Below, piece by piece: positions 9,856-19,832 of a stretch of 51,956 nt of DNA. The stretch is from Lachnospiraceae bacterium (lineage in GTDB: Bacteria > Bacillota_I > Bacilli_A > RFN20 > CAG-449), in NCBI GenBank assembly GCA_963648895.1, contig CAVJGK010000002.1, positions 1 through 51,956 of the forward strand, in the 5' to 3' direction. A program made the position numbers and the translations under genes. Numbering within the stretch: the stretch's first letter is position 1; every line of letters starts with the position of its first letter. Under the pieces are notes generated by a model. It did no database searches and was not told the origin of the DNA. It saw nothing but the letters and a program-made list of their open reading frames with translations.

Positions 9856-11709
9856 TTAATTTTTAAATGTGAAATTTTTATATGAAGCCACTCTTAATTG
9901 ATAACTACCATTGTAGTAATCAACAACCCCTTTAGCGTCAAATGTTTTGCCTACAAAAGCATCAGAAGTGACTTTACTACCGTCAGAATTGTAAAGAATA
10001 CTTGTTCTAATTGTGAACGTTTTTCCACTTGAATCGGTACATGTAAGAGATAAAGCACCAGCACTTGTTCCATCTTGAGTTGTATAAGCTGAAGTACAAG
10101 TAACATCATTCATTTGACAATATGAACTTGTTAATGCATCCATATATGAAGTTCCAGCATAATCATCACTCTTAGTTGTATTGCTAAAATCATTACCAGT
10201 GATGATAGTTGGATCATAAGAACAATTTTCTTCGACTAAACGAGTGTTCTTTTCATATTCTGGATCCATTGCCATGTATGATAAACCAGATACTTGGTAT
10301 GTACCAGCTGTATCATATTTTTGGAAACTACCACAGAATGATAATTTGTTTCCACGAACAATCATACTTTGACCTTTGAAATTATAGCCAAGATATACTG
10401 TCATACCCCAATTGACGCCTGTTTCTTCATCATATTCTTGAACATAAATAGTTTCAGCATCGATTGTAGTAATAATACCTTCAAAACGAACTGTTACGCC
10501 TAGATAAGATGTTTCAGAACTTTCTAATAAAGAAGTTCTTAATTCTTTAATAGTAACGCTTAAGAAATCACCATAATAGAAATTTTTATCTCTAAACATA
10601 TAGTTTAGGTTGTTTGAAGAATCAATTGTGACATATTCATTTTCACCAGATTCAGTTTCTCTATAAATATTGAAATATCCAGTTTTTGTTGAATCTTTTG
10701 CGATTTTGAAATCTTGTGCGTTATTAATGTCAGTAGTTACACCACCAGCATAATTATTTAAAGCACCTGTGTAATAATATACTTTATTATCAATTTCCAT
10801 ACCTAAATGATATGTCTTATTATTACCATATTCTGAAGTAATATTTGATTGAGAAGTAATCTTACTTCCACTTTCAGTGTAGATATTTACTAAATGTAAA
10901 TTATCTGTTTTATCTGCACTTAAATATGAAATAATAGATGAATCAACATAGTTTCCAAGTACAGTTCCTTTTGAATCGCATAATTGTTTTGAAGCAATTC
11001 TCCAGCTAGCTGCAGCTTTAGAGAAAACATATAATTCATGTTCATTTGCTTGTGAATATGCTTTTTGCATAATTTCACCATAGCAAGTAGAACCAATTGA
11101 TTTAGCGTTAGCTAAACCAGCTTGTAAAATTTCTAAGTTTAAATTCTTATATTCAGTTGCCCCTTTTGCTTTATACCAAACAAAGCCTAAGAATCTTGTA
11201 CCAGTTGAGTCTAAATTCCAGTTTCCATCATTTGATTCAACGATAACTGATTCAGCATTAGATAATCTTTCTTTGTTAAATAAAGAAGCTGTTTTACCCC
11301 ATTCTTGGATTTGTCCTGTAGATTCTGGAGTATCAATACCTAAATATCTAACTTTTAAAACGCCATCTTCATAAGTAGAACTTGATGAAGGGAATTCGGA
11401 TTTCTTATCGCTTGAGACAGTAAAATGAGATGTATCACCATCAATTAAAGATTTAATTTGTGATGATGTAAATTCCATATATTTTCTACCGGAATTAGTA
11501 TCGAATTTTAATTGTGATGCATAATCGATAAATTCACTAACTTCTTTTTCTGCATATGGAGTTTTCTTTAATTCATCAGCAGAAGAACTATCGCTACTAG
11601 GTGATGTATCTGATGATGAGGATGAAGAAGAAGTATTTCCACATCCAACAACTCCACAAATTAATAATAAGGAAGTTAAACTTACTGTTAATAATTTTTT
11701 CATTTTCAT
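9856..11709 (-). CDS. staphylococcal-nuclease (SNase/thermonuclease) domain lipoprotein with C-terminal OB-fold-like domains (617 aa)
   Basis: ORF track; lipobox LICGVVGC; SNase blocks IDGDT, VRYLGIDTPES, WGKTASLFNKERL, GRFLGFVW, LNLEILQAGLA; C-terminal GKTFDAKGVVDYYNGSYQLRV resembles an OB fold. Confidence 0.85.
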   Translation of the reverse strand: MKMKKLLTVSLTSLLLICGVVGCGNTSSSSSSSDTSPSSDSSSADELKKTPYAEKEVSEFIDYASQLKFDTNSGRKYMEFTSSQIKSLIDGDTSHFTVSSDKKSEFPSSSSTYEDGVLKVRYLGIDTPESTGQIQEWGKTASLFNKERLSNAESVIVESNDGNWNLDSTGTRFLGFVWYKAKGATEYKNLNLEILQAGLANAKSIGSTCYGEIMQKAYSQANEHELYVFSKAAASWRIASKQLCDSKGTVLGNYVDSSIISYLSADKTDNLHLVNIYTESGSKITSQSNITSEYGNNKTYHLGMEIDNKVYYYTGALNNYAGGVTTDINNAQDFKIAKDSTKTGYFNIYRETESGENEYVTIDSSNNLNYMFRDKNFYYGDFLSVTIKELRTSLLESSETSYLGVTVRFEGIITTIDAETIYVQEYDEETGVNWGMTVYLGYNFKGQSMIVRGNKLSFCGSFQKYDTAGTYQVSGLSYMAMDPEYEKNTRLVEENCSYDPTIITGNDFSNTTKSDDYAGTSYMDALTSSYCQMNDVTCTSAYTTQDGTSAGALSLTCTDSSGKTFTIRTSILYNSDGSKVTSDAFVGKTFDAKGVVDYYNGSYQLRVASYKNFTFKN

Positions 11710-11727
11710 AGTATTTATTCCCTTCTA

Positions 11728-13146
11728 TTAATTGCTTTCGCATTTTGATAATGCGTCATCAAATGCAGTGTTAATATCTGTACCTTGTAATACAGCTGTA
11801 ACTAAGTTACCAACTTGTGTACGTGCGTTTGTAGATCCTGGGAATGCTGCATTAGTGAATGCTGCAGACATATTTTCAGAACAAACTTTAATTGCTTTTG
11901 CTTGAATATCAGAACCAGTATTTAAGAATTCTGAATATGTAGCATTTTTATATACAGATTTAATAACTGGTTGGTAACCAGATTGAATACTAAATTCAGC
12001 TTGGAATGGAACATTTGTTGTAAAATATTTAACAAATAACCATGAAGCCATAACTTTTTGAGGATCACTGTTGTTAAAAATACAAACATCTGGTCCTTGT
12101 TGAATAACTTTTTTGTTATTTTCATTATGTTGTGGTATAGCAGCAATTTCACATGTAAATGAATCTGATTTTTGATAAGAAGCACCTGCAGATGAACCTA
12201 TACACATAAAACATTTTCTTGTATCAGTACTTGTAAATAAACCTGATGTGTATGATCCATAAAGGTCTTTTGTTGTAATCCAACCTTTTGAATACCATTC
12301 TTTAATTTTTTCCATAAATGCTTTAGCTTGAGAATTATTGAATAAATAATTATTTTTTGAGCCAGCTTGAGTATATGGAATATTTAATTGCTCACACCAT
12401 GTAATAAATAAGTTACTACCTGAGTCATAACCAAGTGGAATTGAATCAGGATATTTTGCTTTTAATTTTTCACATACGTATTCTATTGATGTTGTATCAT
12501 CGTTGCCAGTTGAATACCAATGTGTAGGAGCGCTTAAACCTAAGTTATCAAAAACAGTTTTGTTGTAATACATAACTTCAGAAGATTTAGAGAATGGTAA
12601 ACAATACATCATACCATCACCAAATGTTTTTCCTTCTTCTAAGAATCCTGTTTCAAAATCATCGTATTGTTCAACGCTAAAGCCATATTCATCGTCTTCC
12701 ATTAAATTATCTAATGAAATAACTGCTTTTGCAGTATTATATGTTGCAACGTGATCAGGATAGCAATAAGCGACGTTGACATCTGATTTACCAGAAGCAA
12801 TTTCTGTATTCATTTGGTCTCTAACATCATCATAACCACCGATGAATTGTGATTCAACAGTAATATTTGGATAGATTTCATTGAATTTATCTAAATAGTT
12901 GTTAAATACATTTTGTAATGTTTGACCCATTGTTGTGTAAAACTTAATAGTTACTTGCTTGTTTTCATCAAAGCCCCCTTCAGGGACTTCAAAATTTACA
13001 TTATTTGAAGTCGAAGAAGATGATGAAGATGAAGAACTTTCTTTTTCACTTGAGTCACTTGTATTTGATCCGCAAGAAGAAAATGCACCTAATAATGATA
13101 CACAAAATAAGCCTGCAGATAAGATTTTCAATTTCTTATTTTTCAT
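11728..13146 (-). CDS. ABC transporter substrate-binding lipoprotein, CUT1/family-1 type, paralog B (472 aa)
   Basis: ORF track; lipobox GAFSSC, poly-Ser tether; long collinear similarity to the adjacent 495-aa protein. Confidence 0.85.
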   Translation of the reverse strand: MKNKKLKILSAGLFCVSLLGAFSSCGSNTSDSSEKESSSSSSSSSTSNNVNFEVPEGGFDENKQVTIKFYTTMGQTLQNVFNNYLDKFNEIYPNITVESQFIGGYDDVRDQMNTEIASGKSDVNVAYCYPDHVATYNTAKAVISLDNLMEDDEYGFSVEQYDDFETGFLEEGKTFGDGMMYCLPFSKSSEVMYYNKTVFDNLGLSAPTHWYSTGNDDTTSIEYVCEKLKAKYPDSIPLGYDSGSNLFITWCEQLNIPYTQAGSKNNYLFNNSQAKAFMEKIKEWYSKGWITTKDLYGSYTSGLFTSTDTRKCFMCIGSSAGASYQKSDSFTCEIAAIPQHNENNKKVIQQGPDVCIFNNSDPQKVMASWLFVKYFTTNVPFQAEFSIQSGYQPVIKSVYKNATYSEFLNTGSDIQAKAIKVCSENMSAAFTNAAFPGSTNARTQVGNLVTAVLQGTDINTAFDDALSKCESN

Positions 13147-13161
13147 AAATTACCTTTCTAA

Positions 13162-14649
13162 TTAAATATCAGCTTCACAAGCATCAATTGCATCTTTAAA
13201 TGCTGTAGGAATATCAGATTTACCTTGGAATACTTGAGTTAATAAGTTACCAACTTGTGTACGAGCTGTTGATGAACCAACGAATGCTGGTGAAGTGTAA
13301 TAATAACTTGTTTGTTGTAAACATAATTTAGCAGCTTGAGCAGTTACTCTTGCTTTTAAATCAGTTGATGAATCATCTGCTTTTGCTAAATGTTCTTTAT
13401 ATGTTTCATTGTCGTTAACTGAATTAATTACTGGAACATAACCAGATTGAATTCCCCATTCAGCTTGGAATTGAACATTAGTTGTGAAATATTTCATGAA
13501 TAACCATGAAGCAATAATCTTTTGTGAATCACCATGATTGAAAATTGTTAATGATGGTCCTTGAGAAATAACTTTCTTTCTATTTTCATTTGCTTGAGGA
13601 ATAGATGCAACTGCGACTTCGAATGGATATTCATCATCTACTTTTGAAGGAACTTGATATGAAGCACCAGCTGATGAACCTACACACATAAAGCAACGTT
13701 GTGATGTTGTTGATGTGAATAAGCCAGATGTATAAGATCCATAAATTTCTTGTGTTGTACAATAACCTTTGTCAAAGAATTTTTCTTTGAAATCTTTAAC
13801 AAATTGTTGATTTTCAGCAGTGTTGAATTGGAAATGTGAACCAGTTGCAGATGTATATGGTGTGCCTAATTGTTCACACATTGTAATAAACCAGTTAGAT
13901 GATGAGTCATAACCAAATGGTGTTGAATCTGGATATGCAGTTTTTAAAGCTTTACATACATATTCTAATGAAGTTTTATCGTCATCACCTGTTGAGAACC
14001 AGTGAGTAGGAACTGATAAATTTAATTTATCAAATTCAGTTTTATTGTAATACATAATTTCTGTTGATTTTGAGAATGGTAATGTATACATTAAACTATC
14101 ACCGAATGAACTACCTTCATTTAAGAAAGAAGTAACATAATCTTCATATTGTTCTACAGTTAAACCTAATTCATCATCTTCCATTAAGTTATCTAATGTA
14201 ACAACGGCTCTAGTTTTATTATATAAAGCAACATGGTCAGGATAGCAATAAGCAATATCTGGTCCACCTTTTGAAGATAATTCAGTTGTAATTTGGTTTT
14301 TAACATCATCGTATCCACCTACTGCTGTATGTTCAACTGTGATGTTTGGATAAGCTTCTTCAAATTTATCAATATACGCATCCATTGTAGTTTTTAAAGC
14401 TGTACCTTGTGTTGAATAGAATGTAATTGTGACGTTTTTTGTTTCATCAAATCCTTCTTCAGGAATTTGCCAAGCAGCTTCATAATTATTTCTACTTGAT
14501 GTAGATGAACTTGAATTTGAACTTGAACTTGAATTTGAATTTGAAGATTCTGATGAAGGAGCTTGAGAAGAGACACCACCACCACAAGCAACTGTTGATG
14601 CTGTTAATAATAAAGCAGCACCCATGACTAATAATTTGTTTGTTTTCAT
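13162..14649 (-). CDS. ABC transporter substrate-binding lipoprotein, CUT1/family-1 type, paralog A (495 aa)
   Basis: ORF track; lipobox ASTVAC, Ser/Asn-rich tether; shared blocks with 11728-13146 (YPNITVE, GGYDDV, AYCYPDHVA, LDNLMEDDE, LPFSKS, MYYNKT, PTHW, CFMC.GSSAGASYQ). Confidence 0.85.
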   Translation of the reverse strand: MKTNKLLVMGAALLLTASTVACGGGVSSQAPSSESSNSNSSSSSNSSSSTSSRNNYEAAWQIPEEGFDETKNVTITFYSTQGTALKTTMDAYIDKFEEAYPNITVEHTAVGGYDDVKNQITTELSSKGGPDIAYCYPDHVALYNKTRAVVTLDNLMEDDELGLTVEQYEDYVTSFLNEGSSFGDSLMYTLPFSKSTEIMYYNKTEFDKLNLSVPTHWFSTGDDDKTSLEYVCKALKTAYPDSTPFGYDSSSNWFITMCEQLGTPYTSATGSHFQFNTAENQQFVKDFKEKFFDKGYCTTQEIYGSYTSGLFTSTTSQRCFMCVGSSAGASYQVPSKVDDEYPFEVAVASIPQANENRKKVISQGPSLTIFNHGDSQKIIASWLFMKYFTTNVQFQAEWGIQSGYVPVINSVNDNETYKEHLAKADDSSTDLKARVTAQAAKLCLQQTSYYYTSPAFVGSSTARTQVGNLLTQVFQGKSDIPTAFKDAIDACEADI

Positions 14650-14693
14650 TTTTTCTTTTCCCCTTTTTTTAATTTAAAAATTTTAATAAAAAC

Positions 14694-15689
14694 TTAACCC
14701 TTAATACCACTACGTGATACGCCTTTCATAATATACTTACGAAGACAAATAAATACGATAAATAATGGAATAGATACTAATACGACTGCAGCCATTTGAG
14801 CTGGGTAGTCGACCTTAGTGTTAGTTGAATCGGTATAGAAACCTGTTCCTCTAAGACCATTAGTAATTAATTTATGTGTATCGTCAGAAGTGACTAATCG
14901 AGGCCAAATGTAGGAGTTCCAAGCACCCATCATCTTTAAAATAGTAATTGAGATTAAAGAAGGTAATGCGAGAGGAACCATAACTTTAATTAAATATTCA
15001 AAGTCTGATTTACCATCAACTTTTGCTGCAAGATATAATTCATTAGGAATTTGCTTGAAGTTTTGTCTTAATAAATAGATATAGAAAACTGAGACTAAGA
15101 ATGGAACAATTAAAGCTGCGAATGTATTCTTCCAATTGAGAACGTTAACAACTGTAGAATAGTTTGTAATTGTGAATAATTCACCAGGAATCATCATTGT
15201 TGCAAGTAAGAATGCAAACATTGAATCTCTTCCTTTGAATTCAAGTCTTGCAAATGCGAATGCAGATAAGACTGTGATAACTAATGATAATAGTGTTGAA
15301 ACAATACCAACATATACTGTATTTAAGAATAATGTTCCTAAATTTGCGGCAGAATATGCATTTGCATAGTTTTCCCATTTAATAGTATGAGGCCAGAATG
15401 AAGGATTTGACCATTCAAATTCTTGCCATGTCTTTAATGATGAAATAATCATCCAATAGAATGGGAAAATAACAATAATCGCTAAAGCAATTAAGAATGC
15501 ATAAGTGAATATACCAACAATGATTTTTGTAATCTTTGCATTGCGTTCAACTTTCTTTGCATCATATGTTGCTGCATTTTTCTTTAAAGCTTCAGCAAGT
15601 GAGTTATTCGCATTTGTTAATGCACTATATTCTTGATTTGAAGGAGTTTCAATTTCTTCTACTTCAGAATTATTTTCTTTTTCTTCCAT
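14694..15689 (-). CDS. ABC transporter permease, MalG/UgpE-like (331 aa)
   Basis: ORF track; polytopic; EAA-type loop LAAKVDGKSDFEYLIKVMVPLALP. Confidence 0.85.
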   Translation of the reverse strand: MEEKENNSEVEEIETPSNQEYSALTNANNSLAEALKKNAATYDAKKVERNAKITKIIVGIFTYAFLIALAIIVIFPFYWMIISSLKTWQEFEWSNPSFWPHTIKWENYANAYSAANLGTLFLNTVYVGIVSTLLSLVITVLSAFAFARLEFKGRDSMFAFLLATMMIPGELFTITNYSTVVNVLNWKNTFAALIVPFLVSVFYIYLLRQNFKQIPNELYLAAKVDGKSDFEYLIKVMVPLALPSLISITILKMMGAWNSYIWPRLVTSDDTHKLITNGLRGTGFYTDSTNTKVDYPAQMAAVVLVSIPLFIVFICLRKYIMKGVSRSGIKG

Positions 15690-15704
15690 ATAATTAACTC
15701 CTTT

Positions 15705-16733
15705 CTAATAATGAACTTTCTTATTACTGACATATAAGTTAATTGCAGTAACAACTAAGATAATACCAAATAAGATTAATGAAGCTGCGGATGCTGTACC
15801 ATAACTATTAGATGAAATTGCTTTATAAACATAACCAACAATAGTCATTAATGATCCATCACCTGCAGGACCCATATCTTCACCAAAGACACCGACGATA
15901 GATGAATATTCTTTAAATCCACCGATAAAGCCTGTAATAACAACATAAGCAATCATTGGAGATAATAATGGAACTGTAATTCTCCAGAATACTCTCCATC
16001 TTGAAGCACCATCAATTTTTGCTGCTTCATAATATTGTTTACTAACACCTTGTAATCCACCAAGTAAGATAAGAATTTTAAATGGTAATGCATTCCATAC
16101 GATGTAAATAACCATAACTGCGATATTAGCAGTATATGTACTTCCACCTGGGTTAGTAATACTTGTACCAGAGTTGATCCAGTTGACTGGGTTACCTCCA
16201 AAGAATTGAATAATATTATTAATAATACCCCATGATTGAGCGGTGTAACCCATTTGGACACCCGCGGAGTTTATATATTTATTATAAATTTCTAAAGTAC
16301 CTGTGTAAGTCCCTACTTCAACTTGTGATAAGCCAACGATATTGAACATCATTGCGAATACCATACCGATAGCAATTGAGTTTGTAACATAAGGTAAGAA
16401 ATAAATTGTTTGTAAAACCTTACCTAAACGATTAATTGAATTTAAGCAAACTGCAACAAGTAACGCTAAGAAGCAAGATAATGGAACAGTTAGCACACAT
16501 AATAAGATTGTATTTTTTAAACATGTTAAGAAATCTTTATACAAGACAACTTTAGAGAAGTTTGATACGCCGAATGCATATTTTTCTCCACCGATATCAC
16601 CTAAAGGTTGATAACCTTCTAGGAAAGAAATTCTAACAGTATTGATGATAGGATATACTGTAAATACCGCTAATAGAATTAAAGCAGGTAATAAGTAAAT
16701 CCAAGCTTTCCAATTTTGTTTTGAATCTACCAT
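15705..16733 (-). CDS. ABC transporter permease, MalF/UgpA-like (342 aa)
   Basis: ORF track; polytopic; EAA-type loop EAAKIDGASRWRVFWRITVPLLSP. Confidence 0.85.
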   Translation of the reverse strand: MVDSKQNWKAWIYLLPALILLAVFTVYPIINTVRISFLEGYQPLGDIGGEKYAFGVSNFSKVVLYKDFLTCLKNTILLCVLTVPLSCFLALLVAVCLNSINRLGKVLQTIYFLPYVTNSIAIGMVFAMMFNIVGLSQVEVGTYTGTLEIYNKYINSAGVQMGYTAQSWGIINNIIQFFGGNPVNWINSGTSITNPGGSTYTANIAVMVIYIVWNALPFKILILLGGLQGVSKQYYEAAKIDGASRWRVFWRITVPLLSPMIAYVVITGFIGGFKEYSSIVGVFGEDMGPAGDGSLMTIVGYVYKAISSNSYGTASAASLILFGIILVVTAINLYVSNKKVHY

Positions 16734-16743
16734 AATTTACCCC

Positions 16744-17973
16744 TTATTTATTCTTTTTTGCCATTTTTGCAGCAATCTTATCTTTTAAAGTCATCTTCTT
16801 TGAGGTTTCTTCAGTTGTAACTTCTTCAGAAGTTTCTTCAACTTCGACTTCTTCTACTACAGCAGGTTTTACTACTGGAGTTTCGCCATTTGAATAAATT
16901 CTTTCTTCTGATTCTCTATTGAATAAGAATACCTTATGAGGTTTTAATGTGAAATGAACATATCCTTCTTCATCTGGAGTAACAACTGTTGTTGCATCAA
17001 TAATGCTTCTTACAATTGCTGCTTCACTTCCTGGATGAGTGGAAACAATTGAACTATCTCTACCCATGACTTCAACAGATTTAATCTTTGATTTAAATGG
17101 TCCTTTTGGATCTAGAACAAATCCTTCAGGTCTAATACCCATATAAATTTCTTGATCTGGTGCGTCTTTTTCAAATACTGGAGTATCATCACCATCTAAG
17201 TAAACTTTTCCATCTTTTAATACACCTTTAAATACGTTGATTGGAGGTGTACCTAAGAATTTAGCAACGAATAAGTTAACTGGTGAATCATAAACTGTTT
17301 GAGGTACATCAACTTGTTGAATAACACCTTTTTTCATAACAACGATTAAGTCTGAAATACTCATAGCTTCTTCTTGGTCGTGAGTAACGAATACTGTTGT
17401 AACGTTTGTATCACGTTGAATTCTTCTAATTTCTTCACGAGTTTGAAGTCTTAATCTAGCGTCAAGGTTTGATAAAGGTTCATCAAGTAATAAGACGTTT
17501 GGATTTTTAACAATCGCTCTAGCAATAGCGACACGTTGTTGTTGACCACCTGATAATTCAGAAGGTTTTCTTTCAAGTAAATCATCAATTTGAACAAGTC
17601 TAGCTGCTTCAACAACTCTGTTCATAATTTCTGTTTTTGACATCTTTTGATTTTGTAAAGGGAACATAATGTTTTGCTTTACTGTCATGTGTGGATATAA
17701 AGCATAGTTTTGGAAAACTAAACCTACACCACGTTTTTCTGGTGGAAGATTTGTTACATCTTCTTCACCGAAATAGATGTGACCTGAACTTGGTTTTTGT
17801 AAACCACTCAACATATAAAGTGTTGTTGATTTACCACAACCAGAAGGACCAAGTAAGCCAATTAATTTGCCATCTGGAATTTCGTAGTTGAAATCATTGA
17901 CAGCGATAACTTCTGAGCCGTCTTTCTTTCTACTTGGAAATATTTTTGTTAAATGTTCAATTCTAACTTTCAT
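16744..17973 (-). CDS. ABC transporter ATP-binding protein, MalK/UgpC/MsmX-like (409 aa)
   Basis: ORF track; Walker A GPSGCGKST, FQNYALYPHMTV, signature LSGGQQQRVAIARA, Walker B LLLDEP; acidic C-terminal tail. Confidence 0.9.
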   Translation of the reverse strand: MKVRIEHLTKIFPSRKKDGSEVIAVNDFNYEIPDGKLIGLLGPSGCGKSTTLYMLSGLQKPSSGHIYFGEEDVTNLPPEKRGVGLVFQNYALYPHMTVKQNIMFPLQNQKMSKTEIMNRVVEAARLVQIDDLLERKPSELSGGQQQRVAIARAIVKNPNVLLLDEPLSNLDARLRLQTREEIRRIQRDTNVTTVFVTHDQEEAMSISDLIVVMKKGVIQQVDVPQTVYDSPVNLFVAKFLGTPPINVFKGVLKDGKVYLDGDDTPVFEKDAPDQEIYMGIRPEGFVLDPKGPFKSKIKSVEVMGRDSSIVSTHPGSEAAIVRSIIDATTVVTPDEEGYVHFTLKPHKVFLFNRESEERIYSNGETPVVKPAVVEEVEVEETSEEVTTEETSKKMTLKDKIAAKMAKKNK

Positions 17974-17988
17974 TTTAACTTCTCCCTA

Positions 17989-18927
17989 TTATTTTGAATT
18001 GTATGTATATAAAGTTTTGTAACTAACGTTTTTAGTAAGCGTTCCATATGCTGTTAATGTTTTTCCAACGAATACTTGAAGTTTATCATTAGTAATAGTT
18101 GATGAATCACCATTTAAAACATCATATTGAGAATCAGTAACTTTTGTTGTATCAATTTTAGCGTTGTAGATTTCAAATAGTTTCTTTTCATCTTCGACAC
18201 CATCTGTTTCTAATCTAACAATCAATGATACTTTATTACTTGAATCAACAAGTCTTGAGACTGATTTAACAACTCCTTTTACTGTATAGTACTCAGTAGT
18301 TGTTTCCCCGTAATTTAATCCTTCCCATGTTGCTTTAATATCAACATCGCTTGTAGATTTAGCGCCTTCTACTTCTTGATCAACTCCAACAACATATGTT
18401 GTTCCTTTTGGAGTTTCCATTCTTCCATAATAGCCATCAAGTATTGAATAGCTAACAAATGTATTATTTGAATCTGTAATGATTGTATATAATAAATCCG
18501 CTGTTGTTAAAGTATAGTTTTGATAGATATCATTTTCTAATTCTTCATAAGCATTTCCGCTTGATTTTAATTTGTTAATAAAATCCAAAACATCTTTTTG
18601 TTGACCATAATATTCAACCTTGAATTGTTCATTCTTGTCATTATATCCTTCCATAGAGATAAGTGGGATAGTAATTGTTTTATTACTAAACTTACTGGAT
18701 GGATCTTTAATAATTTCAAGATCACAGTTAACTCTTCTAATGTCTAATGAAGAAACTTTAAATTCATCACTTAGTTTTTCATTAACAATTTCAGTTAATT
18801 TTGATTCTAATTTCTTTTCAGTGTTTTTCGCTTGTACTGTTTGAGGAATACCTTCGCACATTGCCCATACAACCCCGACAATTGCGATTCCTCCGATTAT
18901 TATAGCGCCCAAAACTCTTTCTTGCAT
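17989..18927 (-). CDS. N-terminally membrane-anchored surface protein, first gene of the nuclease/ABC operon (312 aa from the ATG at 18927)
   Basis: ORF track ORF 17989-18945. The ATG at 18927 is preceded by AAAGGGGA, while the ATG at 18945 has no RBS. Single N-terminal TM; C-terminal YYTVKGVVKSVSRLVDSSNKVSLIVRLETDG resembles an OB fold. Confidence 0.65.
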   Translation of the reverse strand: MQERVLGAIIIGGIAIVGVVWAMCEGIPQTVQAKNTEKKLESKLTEIVNEKLSDEFKVSSLDIRRVNCDLEIIKDPSSKFSNKTITIPLISMEGYNDKNEQFKVEYYGQQKDVLDFINKLKSSGNAYEELENDIYQNYTLTTADLLYTIITDSNNTFVSYSILDGYYGRMETPKGTTYVVGVDQEVEGAKSTSDVDIKATWEGLNYGETTTEYYTVKGVVKSVSRLVDSSNKVSLIVRLETDGVEDEKKLFEIYNAKIDTTKVTDSQYDVLNGDSSTITNDKLQVFVGKTLTAYGTLTKNVSYKTLYTYNSK

Positions 18928-18977
18928 AATTTCCCCTTTCACCATAATAGCGAAATATATATTATTTGCTATCTATA

Positions 18978-19006
18978 ATTATAATAATTATAATTAACTA
19001 TTTCAA
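18978..19006 (-). promoter_or_regulatory. sigma-A type promoter of the nuclease/ABC operon (TTGAAA-17-TATAAT)
   Basis: minus strand TTGAAA (19006-19001, overlapping the TGA stop of the RDD gene), 17-nt spacer, TATAAT (18983-18978). Confidence 0.55.
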
Positions 19007-19830
19007 TATATTATTTTTTTAGCCTTGTCTTCTTTTACAGCATCTTTACATTTTGCTGCATTTAAATCTTCAATATTTTTGTAATAGACTTGGCAATTAT
19101 TATCAACAGGTTTCATTTTACCAATGTAATCTGATAATAATCTTTGATCTTTGCTTAAGAATAACATCAGTATATTGATAATTGGTACACCTAGAACAAA
19201 TACACATCCTATGACAACCAAACCTGTTTGATATATTATTAATAAAACTCCCGTATAAGGTATAACTGTATTAACTATTATTTTTCCAAATAAGAATTTA
19301 ACAGTCAGATTCTTCATTGATATATCTAAATCATCTTCATTGACATATCCTATACCAAATAAGTATTTGCCAAGCGACCTACCGTGTTTAAAAAATATTG
19401 GCATAATATATTCATATATCAATAAACTTACTAATAATGCGCTGGAAGTGATAATTATTGGTCCTAGATTCATCTTGTAATAATTATCTTTAAATGTTTG
19501 ATCACTAGTTAGAGCTTTAATTCTTGCATTAGCTTCATCTTGGGTTAAAGACTTATCTTCTGTACAAATGATATACGTCTTTCCATTGTAAGTAATGTTT
19601 CCATCATCACTAGGGATATAAACTCCATAATCAATTTGCGCTTGATATACGGCATTATAATATTTATCATAGTTATAAATTTTACTAACCAAAAAAGCAA
19701 TTCCCGTCGCTAAAACAATCACCAAGATTGCATCGATTACCATCGCGGCAAATCGCTTAACCATTGGCGGTCTTTTAGGAACATATATGGAATTGTAATT
19801 AACGTTTTTATTATTAGTATGCGAATCCAT
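19003..19830 (-). CDS. RDD-family membrane protein (275 aa)
   Basis: ORF track; N-terminal VKRFAAMVIDAILVIVL and C-terminal DQRLLSDYIGKMKPV fit the RDD pattern; TGA stop. Confidence 0.65.
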   Translation of the reverse strand: MDSHTNNKNVNYNSIYVPKRPPMVKRFAAMVIDAILVIVLATGIAFLVSKIYNYDKYYNAVYQAQIDYGVYIPSDDGNITYNGKTYIICTEDKSLTQDEANARIKALTSDQTFKDNYYKMNLGPIIITSSALLVSLLIYEYIMPIFFKHGRSLGKYLFGIGYVNEDDLDISMKNLTVKFLFGKIIVNTVIPYTGVLLIIYQTGLVVIGCVFVLGVPIINILMLFLSKDQRLLSDYIGKMKPVDNNCQVYYKNIEDLNAAKCKDAVKEDKAKKIIY

Positions 19831-19832
19831 GA

